In this document: positions 47,686 to 57,101 of the stretch, piece after piece
How positions within the stretch are numbered: the stretch's first letter is position 1
Layout: each line of letters begins with the position of its first letter
From: a virus
Lineage: Duplodnaviria; Caudoviricetes
IMG/VR virus record: IMGVR_UViG_3300017963_000189
Length of the DNA stretch: 64,000 bases
Strand: one strand, 5' to 3'
Position numbers and translations under genes: made by a program
Notes under the pieces: model-generated
The model's input: only the letters and a program-made list of their open reading frames with translations
What the model was told of the DNA's origin: nothing
Databases searched by the model: none

Positions 47686-48375
47686 TTATTTAAAAGGTTG
47701 TATCTTTCCTAATTTTGACATTTCTTTTTCAAATGCTTTAAAAGCATCTTCAACTGTTTTTTCAATTTTCTTCGGATCGGCTTCTTTCATTTTGATAGTC
47801 CACGTATGATCATTACCAAAACCAAAACTAACTTGATAATAATCCCAAAGTTTTGTTATTCGAACAGGAAAATATGTATTTATTATATTTTTTGGACGAG
47901 GGCTTAAATATTCAGTATCCCTTTTTTCGTTTATAGTTTCTTCCTCAATCTTATTACCCATTTCATCTAATACCTTTACGCCTTCTTCGTTGAATTGACC
48001 AGGTAATCCCTTAAACTCAAAATTGTCTTTTCGTTCTGGCATTAAACCAATGACACCACCAACAGGTAAAAGGCTCGACATCATTACCATACCTTCATCA
48101 AGTTTTTGCTTACTTTCACTTACAACTTTTTTCGCAGCAGCAAGCACATCTTTTTGATTTGTTTCAATCTCCTTTACAGCAGCTACAAAGAATTTTTGAG
48201 CGACACCCTTTTCACTCTTAGCTTTTTTCTTCGCTTCCTCATACATATCAAGAAACATCTGTGACGCTTCTTTTTTGTCTTTAGCTTTCTCAATACTCTT
48301 TGCACGAATTGTCCAATCTTTAGTCAATTTTGCTACAGTAGCAATATCTTTAAAGAATCCTTCATCTAATTTCAT
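47686..48375 (-). CDS. Three-module putative cargo protein
   Basis: 229 aa; MKLDE start; shares the LDEGMVM...FEFKGLPGQFNE...LDE module with 47112-47672. Confidence 0.7.
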   Translation of the reverse strand: MKLDEGFFKDIATVAKLTKDWTIRAKSIEKAKDKKEASQMFLDMYEEAKKKAKSEKGVAQKFFVAAVKEIETNQKDVLAAAKKVVSESKQKLDEGMVMMSSLLPVGGVIGLMPERKDNFEFKGLPGQFNEEGVKVLDEMGNKIEEETINEKRDTEYLSPRPKNIINTYFPVRITKLWDYYQVSFGFGNDHTWTIKMKEADPKKIEKTVEDAFKAFEKEMSKLGKIQPFK

Positions 48376-48388
48376 TTTATATCTCCTA

Positions 48389-48694
48389 TTATAAATTTTC
48401 TATTTTTAACGCGGCTTTCCGTAGCGCCATTGTGATTTCTTCTAATAATATTTTATGAGCTTCATCAAAATTCTCTGGGCTAACATATTTACGAATATGA
48501 TCTTGACCCTTTGTAATACCACTTAAACCAGCTTTATGATTACCTATAAGAGCAACAACAATCGCGTCAGCCAACCAAGCAAGTGCTCGTTTGTCTATTA
48601 CTTCATTTACTTCATCTTTCATTTCTTGAAGGCGATAATCTCTCCATTTGAAACTCATATCGGTATATGTTTTTGCTTTCTTTTTATCTCTCAT
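48389..48694 (-). CDS. Small putative cargo protein
   Basis: 101 aa; KWRDYRLQEMKDEVNE leader followed by a helical body. Confidence 0.65.
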   Translation of the reverse strand: MRDKKKAKTYTDMSFKWRDYRLQEMKDEVNEVIDKRALAWLADAIVVALIGNHKAGLSGITKGQDHIRKYVSPENFDEAHKILLEEITMALRKAALKIENL

Positions 48695-48698
48695 TGAA

Positions 48699-48914
48699 TT
48701 ACCCCTTATATTTTTTCTTCAATACATAAGCAACAAAAATTAACCATAACGGAACGATCAACGCGAACGGCCATCCAAATACGGCAGCAAGAAGTCCGCC
48801 ACCCGCAATCAATCCACACAACATTACAATCGTTTTCCAATGTTTGAATGAATATTCTTGAGCATCCTTGATCCACTCATTCCACTTTACCAAAAATTTT
48901 TCCCAAAAATTCAT
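48699..48914 (-). CDS. Small two-TM membrane protein
   Basis: 71 aa; hydrophobic TIVMLCGLIAGGGLLAAVFGWPFALIVPLWLIFVAYVL with basic C-terminal tail. Confidence 0.7.
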   Translation of the reverse strand: MNFWEKFLVKWNEWIKDAQEYSFKHWKTIVMLCGLIAGGGLLAAVFGWPFALIVPLWLIFVAYVLKKKYKG

Positions 48915-48916
48915 TT

Positions 48917-49525
48917 TTATTCTCCCATATCTATAAGAATATCAGTTACGATTTCTTGTACTTTACAATATTTGTTTACACATACTTGACCATACTTATC
49001 AACACTTTCTTGAATAGGTTTCATAAACGCACCGTGTGTCGATGGATTACTTACCATATCAAAAGCAATCAACTCAAAATCGTCTTGGACGACCGCACCA
49101 TGTTCAGCAGATTCTTGAACCGATCCCAACCCACGAGAAGAAATACCTACAAGAATACCACCTTTCAATAATTCTTGAAGAATTTTTCCTGCAGGAGTAT
49201 TCAACACTTCTATTGTACCGATTAAGTCTTTACCTTCCCAATGCATTTCAACTATATTATGACTTACATTAGCTAAGTTTACGACAGAAGAATCGGGATG
49301 ATCTAACTCACCCAATGCTCGTTTTTCGCCAATCAACTGTTCATATTTTTTCGCTTCCCTGGCGAGAATAGGTTGTGGATATACACGACCATTTTGATTT
49401 TGTGCTTCTGCTCGTTGTAATATACCCTTGATCAAAATCTTACCATTGTGTACTTTCATTGATTCTCGTATTACACCACCCGCTATTTCTAAAGGCATAT
49501 ACTCCGCTAATATCTGCTTATTCAT
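48917..49525 (-). CDS. gp21: Prohead core protease (T4 gp21-like)
   Basis: NQNGRVYP, LGELDHP, VSHNI, GISSRGLGS, DFELIAFDMVSNPS motifs. Confidence 0.95.
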   Translation of the reverse strand: MNKQILAEYMPLEIAGGVIRESMKVHNGKILIKGILQRAEAQNQNGRVYPQPILAREAKKYEQLIGEKRALGELDHPDSSVVNLANVSHNIVEMHWEGKDLIGTIEVLNTPAGKILQELLKGGILVGISSRGLGSVQESAEHGAVVQDDFELIAFDMVSNPSTHGAFMKPIQESVDKYGQVCVNKYCKVQEIVTDILIDMGE

Positions 49526-49541
49526 TCTTTATTCTCCACTA

Positions 49542-50198
49542 TTATTTTATAGGTTTTTTCAAATTTTTCAAGGCTTCTTGTTTCGCTTTAATATCGTTTT
49601 CTAAATCTTTTATTGTAGAATTTAAATCACTTTTATTTGATTCAAGAGCAGTATACCAACTACCTTTTTTACCAATTTTTTCAAGAGATTCATTCCGTGT
49701 ACGAGCATATACAGCAAACAAAGGAGTTCCCATACTATTGCCTTCCATATCACTTTGATATATCAAAAATAATTTTTCAGGAACTACTTTTGGATCAATC
49801 TCAACTAATTCATCATCAGAAAAACTATATCTATAAACATTTCCTTTCTTTCCATTAAATAAATATACATCTCCGTAATCTTTATTCCTTTTCGCTTGAG
49901 AAAATAAAGATTTGATTTTATTTCCCGCAAATTCTACATACCAATCGGCTAATACACCAACTTCTTTCGGCTTTCTTGTTCTTGGATTACCATAATTTTT
50001 CCAATTATCCATAGTCCAATCTGATACATCCAAGTTAGGAGTATTCTTTAGAGCATCCAAAAATTTATCTCTATTTTTCAAAGTAAGTTTGACGGCTTTC
50101 TTACCATATTTCTTAAAAAACGCACCACCAACATTTTCATTCAATAAAAAATTTTGAACTTCCTCTTTAATTATTTCATTCAATCTTGAACGTTTCAT
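49542..50198 (-). CDS. Class B leader (MKRSRLNEIIKEEVQNFLLNE) cargo protein
   Basis: 218 aa; basic globular body with C-terminal coiled coil. Confidence 0.7.
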   Translation of the reverse strand: MKRSRLNEIIKEEVQNFLLNENVGGAFFKKYGKKAVKLTLKNRDKFLDALKNTPNLDVSDWTMDNWKNYGNPRTRKPKEVGVLADWYVEFAGNKIKSLFSQAKRNKDYGDVYLFNGKKGNVYRYSFSDDELVEIDPKVVPEKLFLIYQSDMEGNSMGTPLFAVYARTRNESLEKIGKKGSWYTALESNKSDLNSTIKDLENDIKAKQEALKNLKKPIK

Positions 50199-50207
50199 TT
50201 TTTCTCC

Positions 50208-50585
50208 TTATACCCACATTTGACGTTTCTTAAATAAATCAAAAAAGACGGCAGCAATCTCGGCTCGTATTATATCTTTAATCTCTGCAAAATCTTTTCT
50301 ACTCAATGCTTCATCTAATCTTTGTTGTTGTAATTGTCTTTCCTCATAAAGAATAAGTAAATTGTTGTCTAACTCCGCTACCGTCTTATTTTTATCATAC
50401 CATGTAAAACCATGCACCTCTTTTTCTTCGTCAGTATATTTTACTTTCATTCTTTTAAGTTGTTTAAGAGCTTCTGCTTTGTCTTTTACTCTAATAAATA
50501 CTTTACCTTGAGAAGGCAATCCCTTAAACTCTTTTATCATTTCTTCACGAATAATTTCTTTTATTCTATCTTTTGAAATTTTCAT
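50208..50585 (-). CDS. Class B leader (MKISKDRIKEIIREEMIKE) two-module protein
   Basis: 125 aa; second module after QRLDE (ALSRKDFAEIKDIIRAE...KKRQMWV). Confidence 0.7.
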   Translation of the reverse strand: MKISKDRIKEIIREEMIKEFKGLPSQGKVFIRVKDKAEALKQLKRMKVKYTDEEKEVHGFTWYDKNKTVAELDNNLLILYEERQLQQQRLDEALSRKDFAEIKDIIRAEIAAVFFDLFKKRQMWV

Positions 50586-50589
50586 ATCT

Positions 50590-51153
50590 TTACCTTATCT
50601 TTTTGGCGGCCGCATTCATTTTACCTGAATCCAACACTTGTTGTATCAAATGATATGTATCTAATGGATTAGCATATCCAAGTTTTTTATGTTCCGTACT
50701 TAAAAAATCTAATATGTCTTTCCTTACTTGATTTAGTGTTTCGCCAGTGAAATGTAATTCATTGACCCTCTCACCACCTAAATTATCCTCACCAGGTTCC
50801 TCAGTCAAATCTATTAAATCCCACGACATAGGCCAGTTGTATTTTATGTTCTTTATCTTTTCACCACTTAATCGGGCTGCTTCATCTCGTTTCATTGTCG
50901 TTGTCGGTGTGTGAATGTTTCCACCTTTGTAATACTCGCCCGTTGTCTTTCGTTGTAATAAATAATATTTATTCTTATCAACATCAATACTATTTGGAGT
51001 CATTTGTTGCCCAACTGGCTTTATCGCTTCTTGTCTAATTTTAGGATTAAGAAGTTCTTTCATTTTTATAGGATTTTCATTCAATCTATAATATGTTGAA
51101 CGATCATACGCATCCTCTTTTCCTAACATTTTATACCAAAGTTTTTTATCCAT
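50590..51153 (-). CDS. Class C-like leader multi-module protein
   Basis: 187 aa; MDKKLWYKML leader; internal RLNE, IRQE, DLTE, RVNE. Confidence 0.65.
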   Translation of the reverse strand: MDKKLWYKMLGKEDAYDRSTYYRLNENPIKMKELLNPKIRQEAIKPVGQQMTPNSIDVDKNKYYLLQRKTTGEYYKGGNIHTPTTTMKRDEAARLSGEKIKNIKYNWPMSWDLIDLTEEPGEDNLGGERVNELHFTGETLNQVRKDILDFLSTEHKKLGYANPLDTYHLIQQVLDSGKMNAAAKKIR

Positions 51154-51159
51154 TTCGTT

Positions 51160-51414
51160 TTATCCCTTTTGAGCATCCATTATACGAGCCCTTACCCATT
51201 CTTGTAATTCTCTAAGCATTAACAACTTGATCATTTTATGATCATATGGTACATTCACTCTTTTTTTGATAAAATCCATTTGTTTCATTTCAGCTTTAAC
51301 CGCAGCATTTATCACTTTATTTAGAACTTCTTTAGCAGCTTTCGCATCATGATTTTTATCTTCACTAACTAAAGTGTTTTCATTTAATATTTTGTTCCAA
51401 GTTTTTTTATCCAT
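51160..51414 (-). CDS. Class C leader (MDKKTWNKILNENTLVSE) cargo protein
   Basis: 84 aa; first 15 aa identical to 51424-51633. Confidence 0.75.
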   Translation of the reverse strand: MDKKTWNKILNENTLVSEDKNHDAKAAKEVLNKVINAAVKAEMKQMDFIKKRVNVPYDHKMIKLLMLRELQEWVRARIMDAQKG

Positions 51415-51423
51415 GATTCTTCC

Positions 51424-51633
51424 TTAAAAAGTAATTTCAATTTTCTTAGGCTTATTTTTCATTTTTTTTATTAACGCAACTAACTTATCATATAATTTTT
51501 GATCGTGATCGTGTTTTTTATCAGATGTATTATTAAAAATAATAACTGTACCTTGATAAGACGCAACAAAATCATTCCCACCTTCATTTAAAGTATTTTC
51601 ATTTAAAATTTTATTCCAAGTTTTCTTATCCAT
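51424..51633 (-). CDS. Class C leader (MDKKTWNKILNENTLNE) cargo protein
   Basis: 69 aa; body unrelated to the neighbour that shares its leader. Confidence 0.75.
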   Translation of the reverse strand: MDKKTWNKILNENTLNEGGNDFVASYQGTVIIFNNTSDKKHDHDQKLYDKLVALIKKMKNKPKKIEITF

Positions 51634-52757
51634 TAGAATCTCCGTATCTTATTAATGATCCTTGTCATTTTTTCATTTATCTTGTTCAAGGCTCTATGAG
51701 TATTTTTCCAATATTTTTGTGAATCAATTCCGGTCTCTTGTTTCAAACGAAGATTCAAGTCAATCGTTTTTTCTATCGATTCAAGTTGATTTCTTACGTC
51801 TCTAATGGCGACACCGATTTTTTGTTTGTTGTTCATTGTATCATCGTCACGATAATTTTGATAAGCTCCACGGCGACCCTCTTTGACCACTTTTATTACT
51901 TGACCAGAAGAATCTTCTACAGATATTTTAGCCCCTTTGTTATCCTTTTTCATCACACTAATAACATCGTCTATCTCTTTGTGATCAGTTGTATGAAATT
52001 GATCCACTACCTTATTATTCTTTATAGCAACTATTGAATAACTTTTTCTCGCTTCATTTACACTTTCATTCGTTGATCCCATATATGATTTTATTTCATT
52101 TAAAAAATAAGTTAAATCGGACAACTCAGCTAATCCCCAACTCTCATTTCGCCGTCTCGCTAAATTTAACTTTTTAATATAAGAATCTAACTTTTTCATC
52201 ATTCCTTTTTTGTCGGCTTTCGCTTCATTTATAATACCTTCCTCTAACTTGTCGCCACCACCGGTAAATGGACGCTTACCACCAAAATTACCAAAATCTT
52301 GTTTATCAGATTGAGTTACTTCTTGATATAATTCAATCGTTATTTCTTCATTCAATCCACTTCTTACTTTCATTTCAGCAAACTTCTTACGATATACTAA
52401 TGATTCTTTACGAGCATTTGCTAAATCTTCCCAATCCCGATCCTCAGGATCATTTACAAGTTTATATCCAAGTTGTTGTGAAATTTCCCTTGTCCTATCC
52501 TTCAAACTCTTGGCGAAAGCATATGGAGTTTGGTATCCATCTTGACCGCCCATGGCAGTTACTGAACTCACTTCGTCAAGTTCTTCATCTTTTCGTTTAT
52601 CACACGTTTCATTCTTTTCACATTTCTCACACGGCGTTCCACATTCGCCAATATCACATTTATCTTTTTCCTCGTCCTCAATGTCAAATTGATCCATTTC
52701 TTGTTCAATCATTGTTCGTATCAATTCACGAATATCACTTTCATTTAAATTAGCCAT
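51633..52757 (-). CDS. Putative polyprotein (probable start MANLNE at 52757)
   Basis: SD AAGGAG before 52757; class B-like leader; Cys cluster; modules bounded by ELDE, GLNE, IINE, SVNE, VVKE; C-terminal coiled-coil module QKIG...YWKNT. Confidence 0.7.
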   Translation of the reverse strand: MANLNESDIRELIRTMIEQEMDQFDIEDEEKDKCDIGECGTPCEKCEKNETCDKRKDEELDEVSSVTAMGGQDGYQTPYAFAKSLKDRTREISQQLGYKLVNDPEDRDWEDLANARKESLVYRKKFAEMKVRSGLNEEITIELYQEVTQSDKQDFGNFGGKRPFTGGGDKLEEGIINEAKADKKGMMKKLDSYIKKLNLARRRNESWGLAELSDLTYFLNEIKSYMGSTNESVNEARKSYSIVAIKNNKVVDQFHTTDHKEIDDVISVMKKDNKGAKISVEDSSGQVIKVVKEGRRGAYQNYRDDDTMNNKQKIGVAIRDVRNQLESIEKTIDLNLRLKQETGIDSQKYWKNTHRALNKINEKMTRIINKIRRF

Positions 52758-53667
52758 TGACTTTCTCCTTGTTAGGACAATCAACAACTTTTTTGACTTC
52801 TTTCAATAACTCAAAATATCTCATAAGTTGAACAAGTTGTTCTTCACTTACTACTTTACCACGTTTTAGTTTTTCAATGTTTGGTATAACACCTTCAACT
52901 TTTATTTGAGTCGCCTTATCTTCTATTTTAGGAATAAGTTGTGTTACTTCATCATTCACTCTATCAACTTCAGCATCAACGTATTCACGGAATTGATTTG
53001 TGTTTGACACATTATAGATATATTCACGAAGTAAGTTCTTTTGAGCAGAATCTAAACCATCGTATTTCTCATTGAATTTTTCAGTCATAGTTTTATATGT
53101 GATCAATCTCAAATCTTCAGTCATCTTCTTATATTCTTCGATAGCTTTATCATTTTCACTAACTTCAGGTTTAGTAGGTTGAGTTTGTGTTCCAATGATA
53201 TGTTCTATAAGAGTTGATTGACATTGAACTTTTTCGGCAGGTGGCAACTCACCATCTTCAGATGTAGCTGCTTCGAAAAGCTGATATATGGATGCTAAAT
53301 TTTTGTAATTAGGTAATTTACTCCTAAAAAATTCATCCACATTATAATTTTCTTTAATCTCTTTAATAAGATTATATTTTTCTTTACGTAAAGATGTATT
53401 GTTGATCTTCTTACGAGAATCAATAGATTCACTAATTAAATCTTTTGCTCGATTTTCAGATTGAAATTTGGTTTCCATTAATCCTTTGTATAAAGACAAC
53501 TCTTTAGATAATGGTTTTCCATTTCCATAATATCTTTTAATCAACTTTATCGCAAACGATTCATCGTTATCTTTACTTTCGTTTAACGCATCCGCAGTAG
53601 TTTGTCTTACTAAAAGCTCAAATAATAGTCCCGTGTTTTTGAACTTAGAATGTTTGATTCTTTTCAT
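52750..53667 (-). CDS. Helical protein downstream of portal (possible prohead core/assembly factor)
   Basis: About 305 aa starting MKRIKHSKFKNTGLLFELLVRQ; own TATTTATA motif upstream. Confidence 0.7.
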   Translation of the reverse strand: MKRIKHSKFKNTGLLFELLVRQTTADALNESKDNDESFAIKLIKRYYGNGKPLSKELSLYKGLMETKFQSENRAKDLISESIDSRKKINNTSLRKEKYNLIKEIKENYNVDEFFRSKLPNYKNLASIYQLFEAATSEDGELPPAEKVQCQSTLIEHIIGTQTQPTKPEVSENDKAIEEYKKMTEDLRLITYKTMTEKFNEKYDGLDSAQKNLLREYIYNVSNTNQFREYVDAEVDRVNDEVTQLIPKIEDKATQIKVEGVIPNIEKLKRGKVVSEEQLVQLMRYFELLKEVKKVVDCPNKEKVNG

Positions 53668-53718
53668 CAATATTCCCCTTATCAGATTTTTTCTTCTAAT
53701 AAATCATATTCTATCACA

Positions 53719-53726
53719 TATAAATA
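53719..53726 (-). promoter_or_regulatory. TATTTATA late-promoter core
   Basis: Intergenic between portal stop and next gene. Confidence 0.5.
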
Positions 53727-53741
53727 TAATATAATTTTCTT

Positions 53742-55616
53742 TTACTCTTTATTTTCTTCAATTTCGTCGCCAGAACCACTATTTTCGGTTATTTCTTGTC
53801 CTTCATCAACAAAATAGTTTTCTAACTTCTTAAAATCCACTTCCGTGATAACTTTTTTTGTTGTTAATATTTCTTTACCAAAAGCAGCTTCAGCTTTCCG
53901 TTTATTTCTTTGTAAATGTTTCTTTTTATTGGCGTCATATCCAACATCTTGATCCAATTTCATAATGTTTTGATAATCTTTTTTACCTATTGGATCATCA
54001 CCAAATGGATCATCTTTTTTTCTTGTTCGAGCATTCCCGCTTTTACGACCATCTTCCGACGGCTTCACAGGAACATATTCTTTTTCTTCATCGAATTGTA
54101 AATTAAAGTTTTTATTCTCACCAAATTGATCAGGATTACTTCCACCAAAACCTTGATCACTTTCAGCGGGATCATTACCCTCGTCCTCAATTTGTTGTAA
54201 TCTATAAACTCTCTTTTGATCGTCAATGACACCTTTCTTTTCTTCGGCGATTTCATCTTCCGTCATCTTCCATACATTTTTGTAAATCCAATTATCACTC
54301 AACATTTTCAAATCTTTTATATCTCTCGCCAAACTTGTTTTTGAATTCCAAATCTCGATTTTTTCTTGTTCGTAAATCGTAGATGGATTTGTTAACTCAA
54401 TCTCAAAATCAACTAAATCATTACCCTCAAATCCTTGAATGTATAAATGAACAAGGGCGACCTTTGTAAGCTCAGATACGATAATTTTTTGAATTCTCTC
54501 TATCGTTCGAGCAAATCGAACATCCTCAGCAGCCAACGTCGCTTTTCCACCGACTTCTTCCTCATATCCCAAGAACGCTTTAGGAATTTTAAGGGCAGCC
54601 ATTAACTTGTTTCTCAAGTATTCAATATCATCTATTTGACCATCATTTGACAAACCACTCAAAGAATCAATGTCAGTTCCACTATCCCCACCACGAACAG
54701 GAAGATAAAAATCTTCCGTCATATTTTGAAGATTGAACTTTAAGTTATATTCGCCAGTTTGTGGATCAATGTAAGGAACTTTCTTAACTTGTGAAATAAT
54801 CTTTTTCATGTAGGCGTCAACTTCATTCGGAGCAATATTTCCTACATCAACTTTAAAAATTCTTCGTTCAGGAGCTCTCATGATTCTATGAATCAACATA
54901 GCATCTTCCATAAGAATTAATTGTTTCCAAACCCTACGACCTGGCTCAATCATTGATTTTCCATATGGTAAAAAGTTTGAATCAGTCATCATTCTAAAAT
55001 GAGCAACTTCAAACATTTCCAATTCAGCCTTTCCGCTCGGCCCCTCAACTACAAATTGAACCGCAGTTGGTTTATTTGGATCAGCACCTTCCACACGTTT
55101 TACATCATAAACAGGTAATGGTAAAACATTCACTACTCCAAACTTTTCTGCTAACTCTAATTGTAAATAATAATCACCATATTTACACATTCCCCTTATC
55201 CATGTTGGTAAGGTGAATTCTACATTCATAATATCATAAAATAAATTCTCTAACACTTTTCTTACATTAGAACTTCCAGCTTTAATTCTAATCATGTCGC
55301 CCATTTCATTCTTCGTTGTCGTTTCTTCAGAATAAATGTCAAGTGCTGACGCTATGATCGAATCACTGTCCATAACTTCATAATCACGAAATAACTGCAG
55401 ACGCTGTGCTTCCATTCCATATAACGCTTGTTGTTGACGAAGGGCGTAATTAACGGTTGAATACATCCTCGTGAATTTATCATTACGATGTGTCAAACCA
55501 AATCGTTGTATTTGCCCAGTATCAACAACCTTGAGTTGTTTTCCACCAATATTGCGAATAACAACATCGGAAGAAAACATCTTTTTTAATTGTGCAAATA
55601 ATTTGTTGTCTGCCAT
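53742..55616 (-). CDS. gp20: Portal vertex protein (T4 gp20-like)
   Basis: LMEDAMLIHRIMRAPERRIFKVDVGN, EDFYLPVRGG, IDDIEYL..KL..ALKIPKAFL motifs. Confidence 0.97.
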   Translation of the reverse strand: MADNKLFAQLKKMFSSDVVIRNIGGKQLKVVDTGQIQRFGLTHRNDKFTRMYSTVNYALRQQQALYGMEAQRLQLFRDYEVMDSDSIIASALDIYSEETTTKNEMGDMIRIKAGSSNVRKVLENLFYDIMNVEFTLPTWIRGMCKYGDYYLQLELAEKFGVVNVLPLPVYDVKRVEGADPNKPTAVQFVVEGPSGKAELEMFEVAHFRMMTDSNFLPYGKSMIEPGRRVWKQLILMEDAMLIHRIMRAPERRIFKVDVGNIAPNEVDAYMKKIISQVKKVPYIDPQTGEYNLKFNLQNMTEDFYLPVRGGDSGTDIDSLSGLSNDGQIDDIEYLRNKLMAALKIPKAFLGYEEEVGGKATLAAEDVRFARTIERIQKIIVSELTKVALVHLYIQGFEGNDLVDFEIELTNPSTIYEQEKIEIWNSKTSLARDIKDLKMLSDNWIYKNVWKMTEDEIAEEKKGVIDDQKRVYRLQQIEDEGNDPAESDQGFGGSNPDQFGENKNFNLQFDEEKEYVPVKPSEDGRKSGNARTRKKDDPFGDDPIGKKDYQNIMKLDQDVGYDANKKKHLQRNKRKAEAAFGKEILTTKKVITEVDFKKLENYFVDEGQEITENSGSGDEIEENKE

Positions 55617-55652
55617 TTTTTATCCTTTTCTATTATATCTAACTATCCTACA

Positions 55653-55660
55653 TATAAATA
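55653..55660 (-). promoter_or_regulatory. TATTTATA late-promoter core for portal
   Basis: About 37 nt upstream of portal ATG. Confidence 0.5.
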
Positions 55661-55685
55661 TTTATTTATCAAATATTTGTTTTTT

Positions 55686-56045
55686 TTATATGTCCACTAC
55701 TTTTGTTCCGGGTTTCGGCTTAAATCCAACTTTTTTCATTACAGTTATAATCGTCAACTCTAATATATCACCTTTTTCTTTTAATATACCTACAAGATTT
55801 AGTTTTGTCCTTGAATCTCGTATAAGAATATAATCTCCAACATTTATGTTGTCGCCAATTAATTCCCGACTTATCGGCTCAATCGCTCTCTGAGCAACCG
55901 CAAGAATCTCCTTGTCAGTAATTTCCTCAGCGTGTCTAAATTGACGCTGACCGGCATGAACAGTCTTGTCTAACTCAATCGTTACATTGATCTTGCGAGA
56001 TACTTTACCAATAGATTTTTCCATAAGTTGTTTTAGTTTTATCAT
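55686..56045 (-). CDS. Class A leader plus DUF4258-like (BECR RNase-fold) domain
   Basis: MIKLKQLME leader; KTVHAGQRQFRH..EITDKEI...LTIITV pattern. Confidence 0.5.
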   Translation of the reverse strand: MIKLKQLMEKSIGKVSRKINVTIELDKTVHAGQRQFRHAEEITDKEILAVAQRAIEPISRELIGDNINVGDYILIRDSRTKLNLVGILKEKGDILELTIITVMKKVGFKPKPGTKVVDI

Positions 56046-56926
56046 AATCCCGTAGCACCTTCACCTTTTTTCCAACCTTGTTTCGCCCGAATGGCGAAAA
56101 GAAGTTGACCCATAAGTTTTTTATCGGCTTCAGTTGATGTCTTTTTCGCTTTAAGAGCAGCAACTTGTTTTTTAAGTTGTCCAATGGTTTTATCGGCATG
56201 TTGTCCCGTACTCTTTACATCTACATCACCTTCCCATTTTTCCATCAATACCTCTCTAACCACTTTGCGAATCATTTCTTTCAATTCACTTTTCTTCATG
56301 GTTATTTCTCCCAAATGATCTTTTAATATAAGGGCATATTTTGACCAATCTTTAGGTAAAATCATACTCTTATCTTTTGGTTGTCCTTTTAACACCTTTA
56401 TTCCATCTGGCGTAAACAACATAAGTTTTTTAGATTTTGGTAATTGTCCAATAATACCTTTTCCACTAAGAAAGTTTTTTGTTAACTCTTTCTTTTGATC
56501 TTGTGGAATGGGCATTTTTTCTATTCTAAAATCTATTCCATCAATACCCTTTTCATCATAGTCGCCGTGTGGCAATTCACATATCAAACTTTCATTCACA
56601 ATACTTTCTCCTATATTTCCAACAAACCCAATTTTCCAAGGCGTTGGCGAATATTCACTCCATTTTGACTTGTCTACCTCAACATCAAACATCTTTCCCA
56701 TAAATGTAAATCGACCCGCTAACTTGTCGATTGTTCCCGTTTTCGCCGAGTTCGCGATCTTCTTTATGATGTTTTTGTATTTTGGTACTTCGTCTGGCGA
56801 TTTTTTCAAGGCTTCATATACTTTCTTCCAAATCTTACCAAACTCTTGTAAGGTTTTCCGGTCTTCTGGTAAATTGACAGTCCCTCTATCAACCTGAACC
56901 TTGACCTTTTCTAATAATTTTTCCAT
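56042..56926 (-). CDS. Three-module putative polyprotein with internal restart
   Basis: 294 aa; boundaries IVNE, HLGE, VLME; internal SD plus ATG at 56299. Confidence 0.7.
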   Translation of the reverse strand: MEKLLEKVKVQVDRGTVNLPEDRKTLQEFGKIWKKVYEALKKSPDEVPKYKNIIKKIANSAKTGTIDKLAGRFTFMGKMFDVEVDKSKWSEYSPTPWKIGFVGNIGESIVNESLICELPHGDYDEKGIDGIDFRIEKMPIPQDQKKELTKNFLSGKGIIGQLPKSKKLMLFTPDGIKVLKGQPKDKSMILPKDWSKYALILKDHLGEITMKKSELKEMIRKVVREVLMEKWEGDVDVKSTGQHADKTIGQLKKQVAALKAKKTSTEADKKLMGQLLFAIRAKQGWKKGEGATGL

Positions 56927-57090
56927 TACTTACTTTCTATCCCTAAAATGTTTTGTACATCTATTAAAGGAATGTCTAAAATCTTTGTAAGTGATTCCAC
57001 ACTAAGTTCCTTATCTTTATAAATAGTTTCCACTTCCAATTTAACCTTTTCTTCCACTTCCGTGACATTTTCCTTTACTTGATCGGCCAT
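56926..57090 (-). CDS. 54-aa acidic protein with possible HTH (below ORF-track cutoff)
   Basis: MADQVKENVTEVEEKVKLEVETIYKDKELSVESLTKILDIPLIDVQNILGIESK; AAGGGG SD; TAATG overlap with next gene; fills the gap exactly. Confidence 0.7.
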   Translation of the reverse strand: MADQVKENVTEVEEKVKLEVETIYKDKELSVESLTKILDIPLIDVQNILGIESK

Positions 57091-57101
57091 CGTAATTCCC
57101 C

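Noticed and set aside
2791-55660. T4 gp55-type late promoters (TATAAATA read on + strand)
   Set aside because: The orientation is opposite to the downstream genes, and the motif flips with the single + gene, so the sense-strand motif is TATTTATA.
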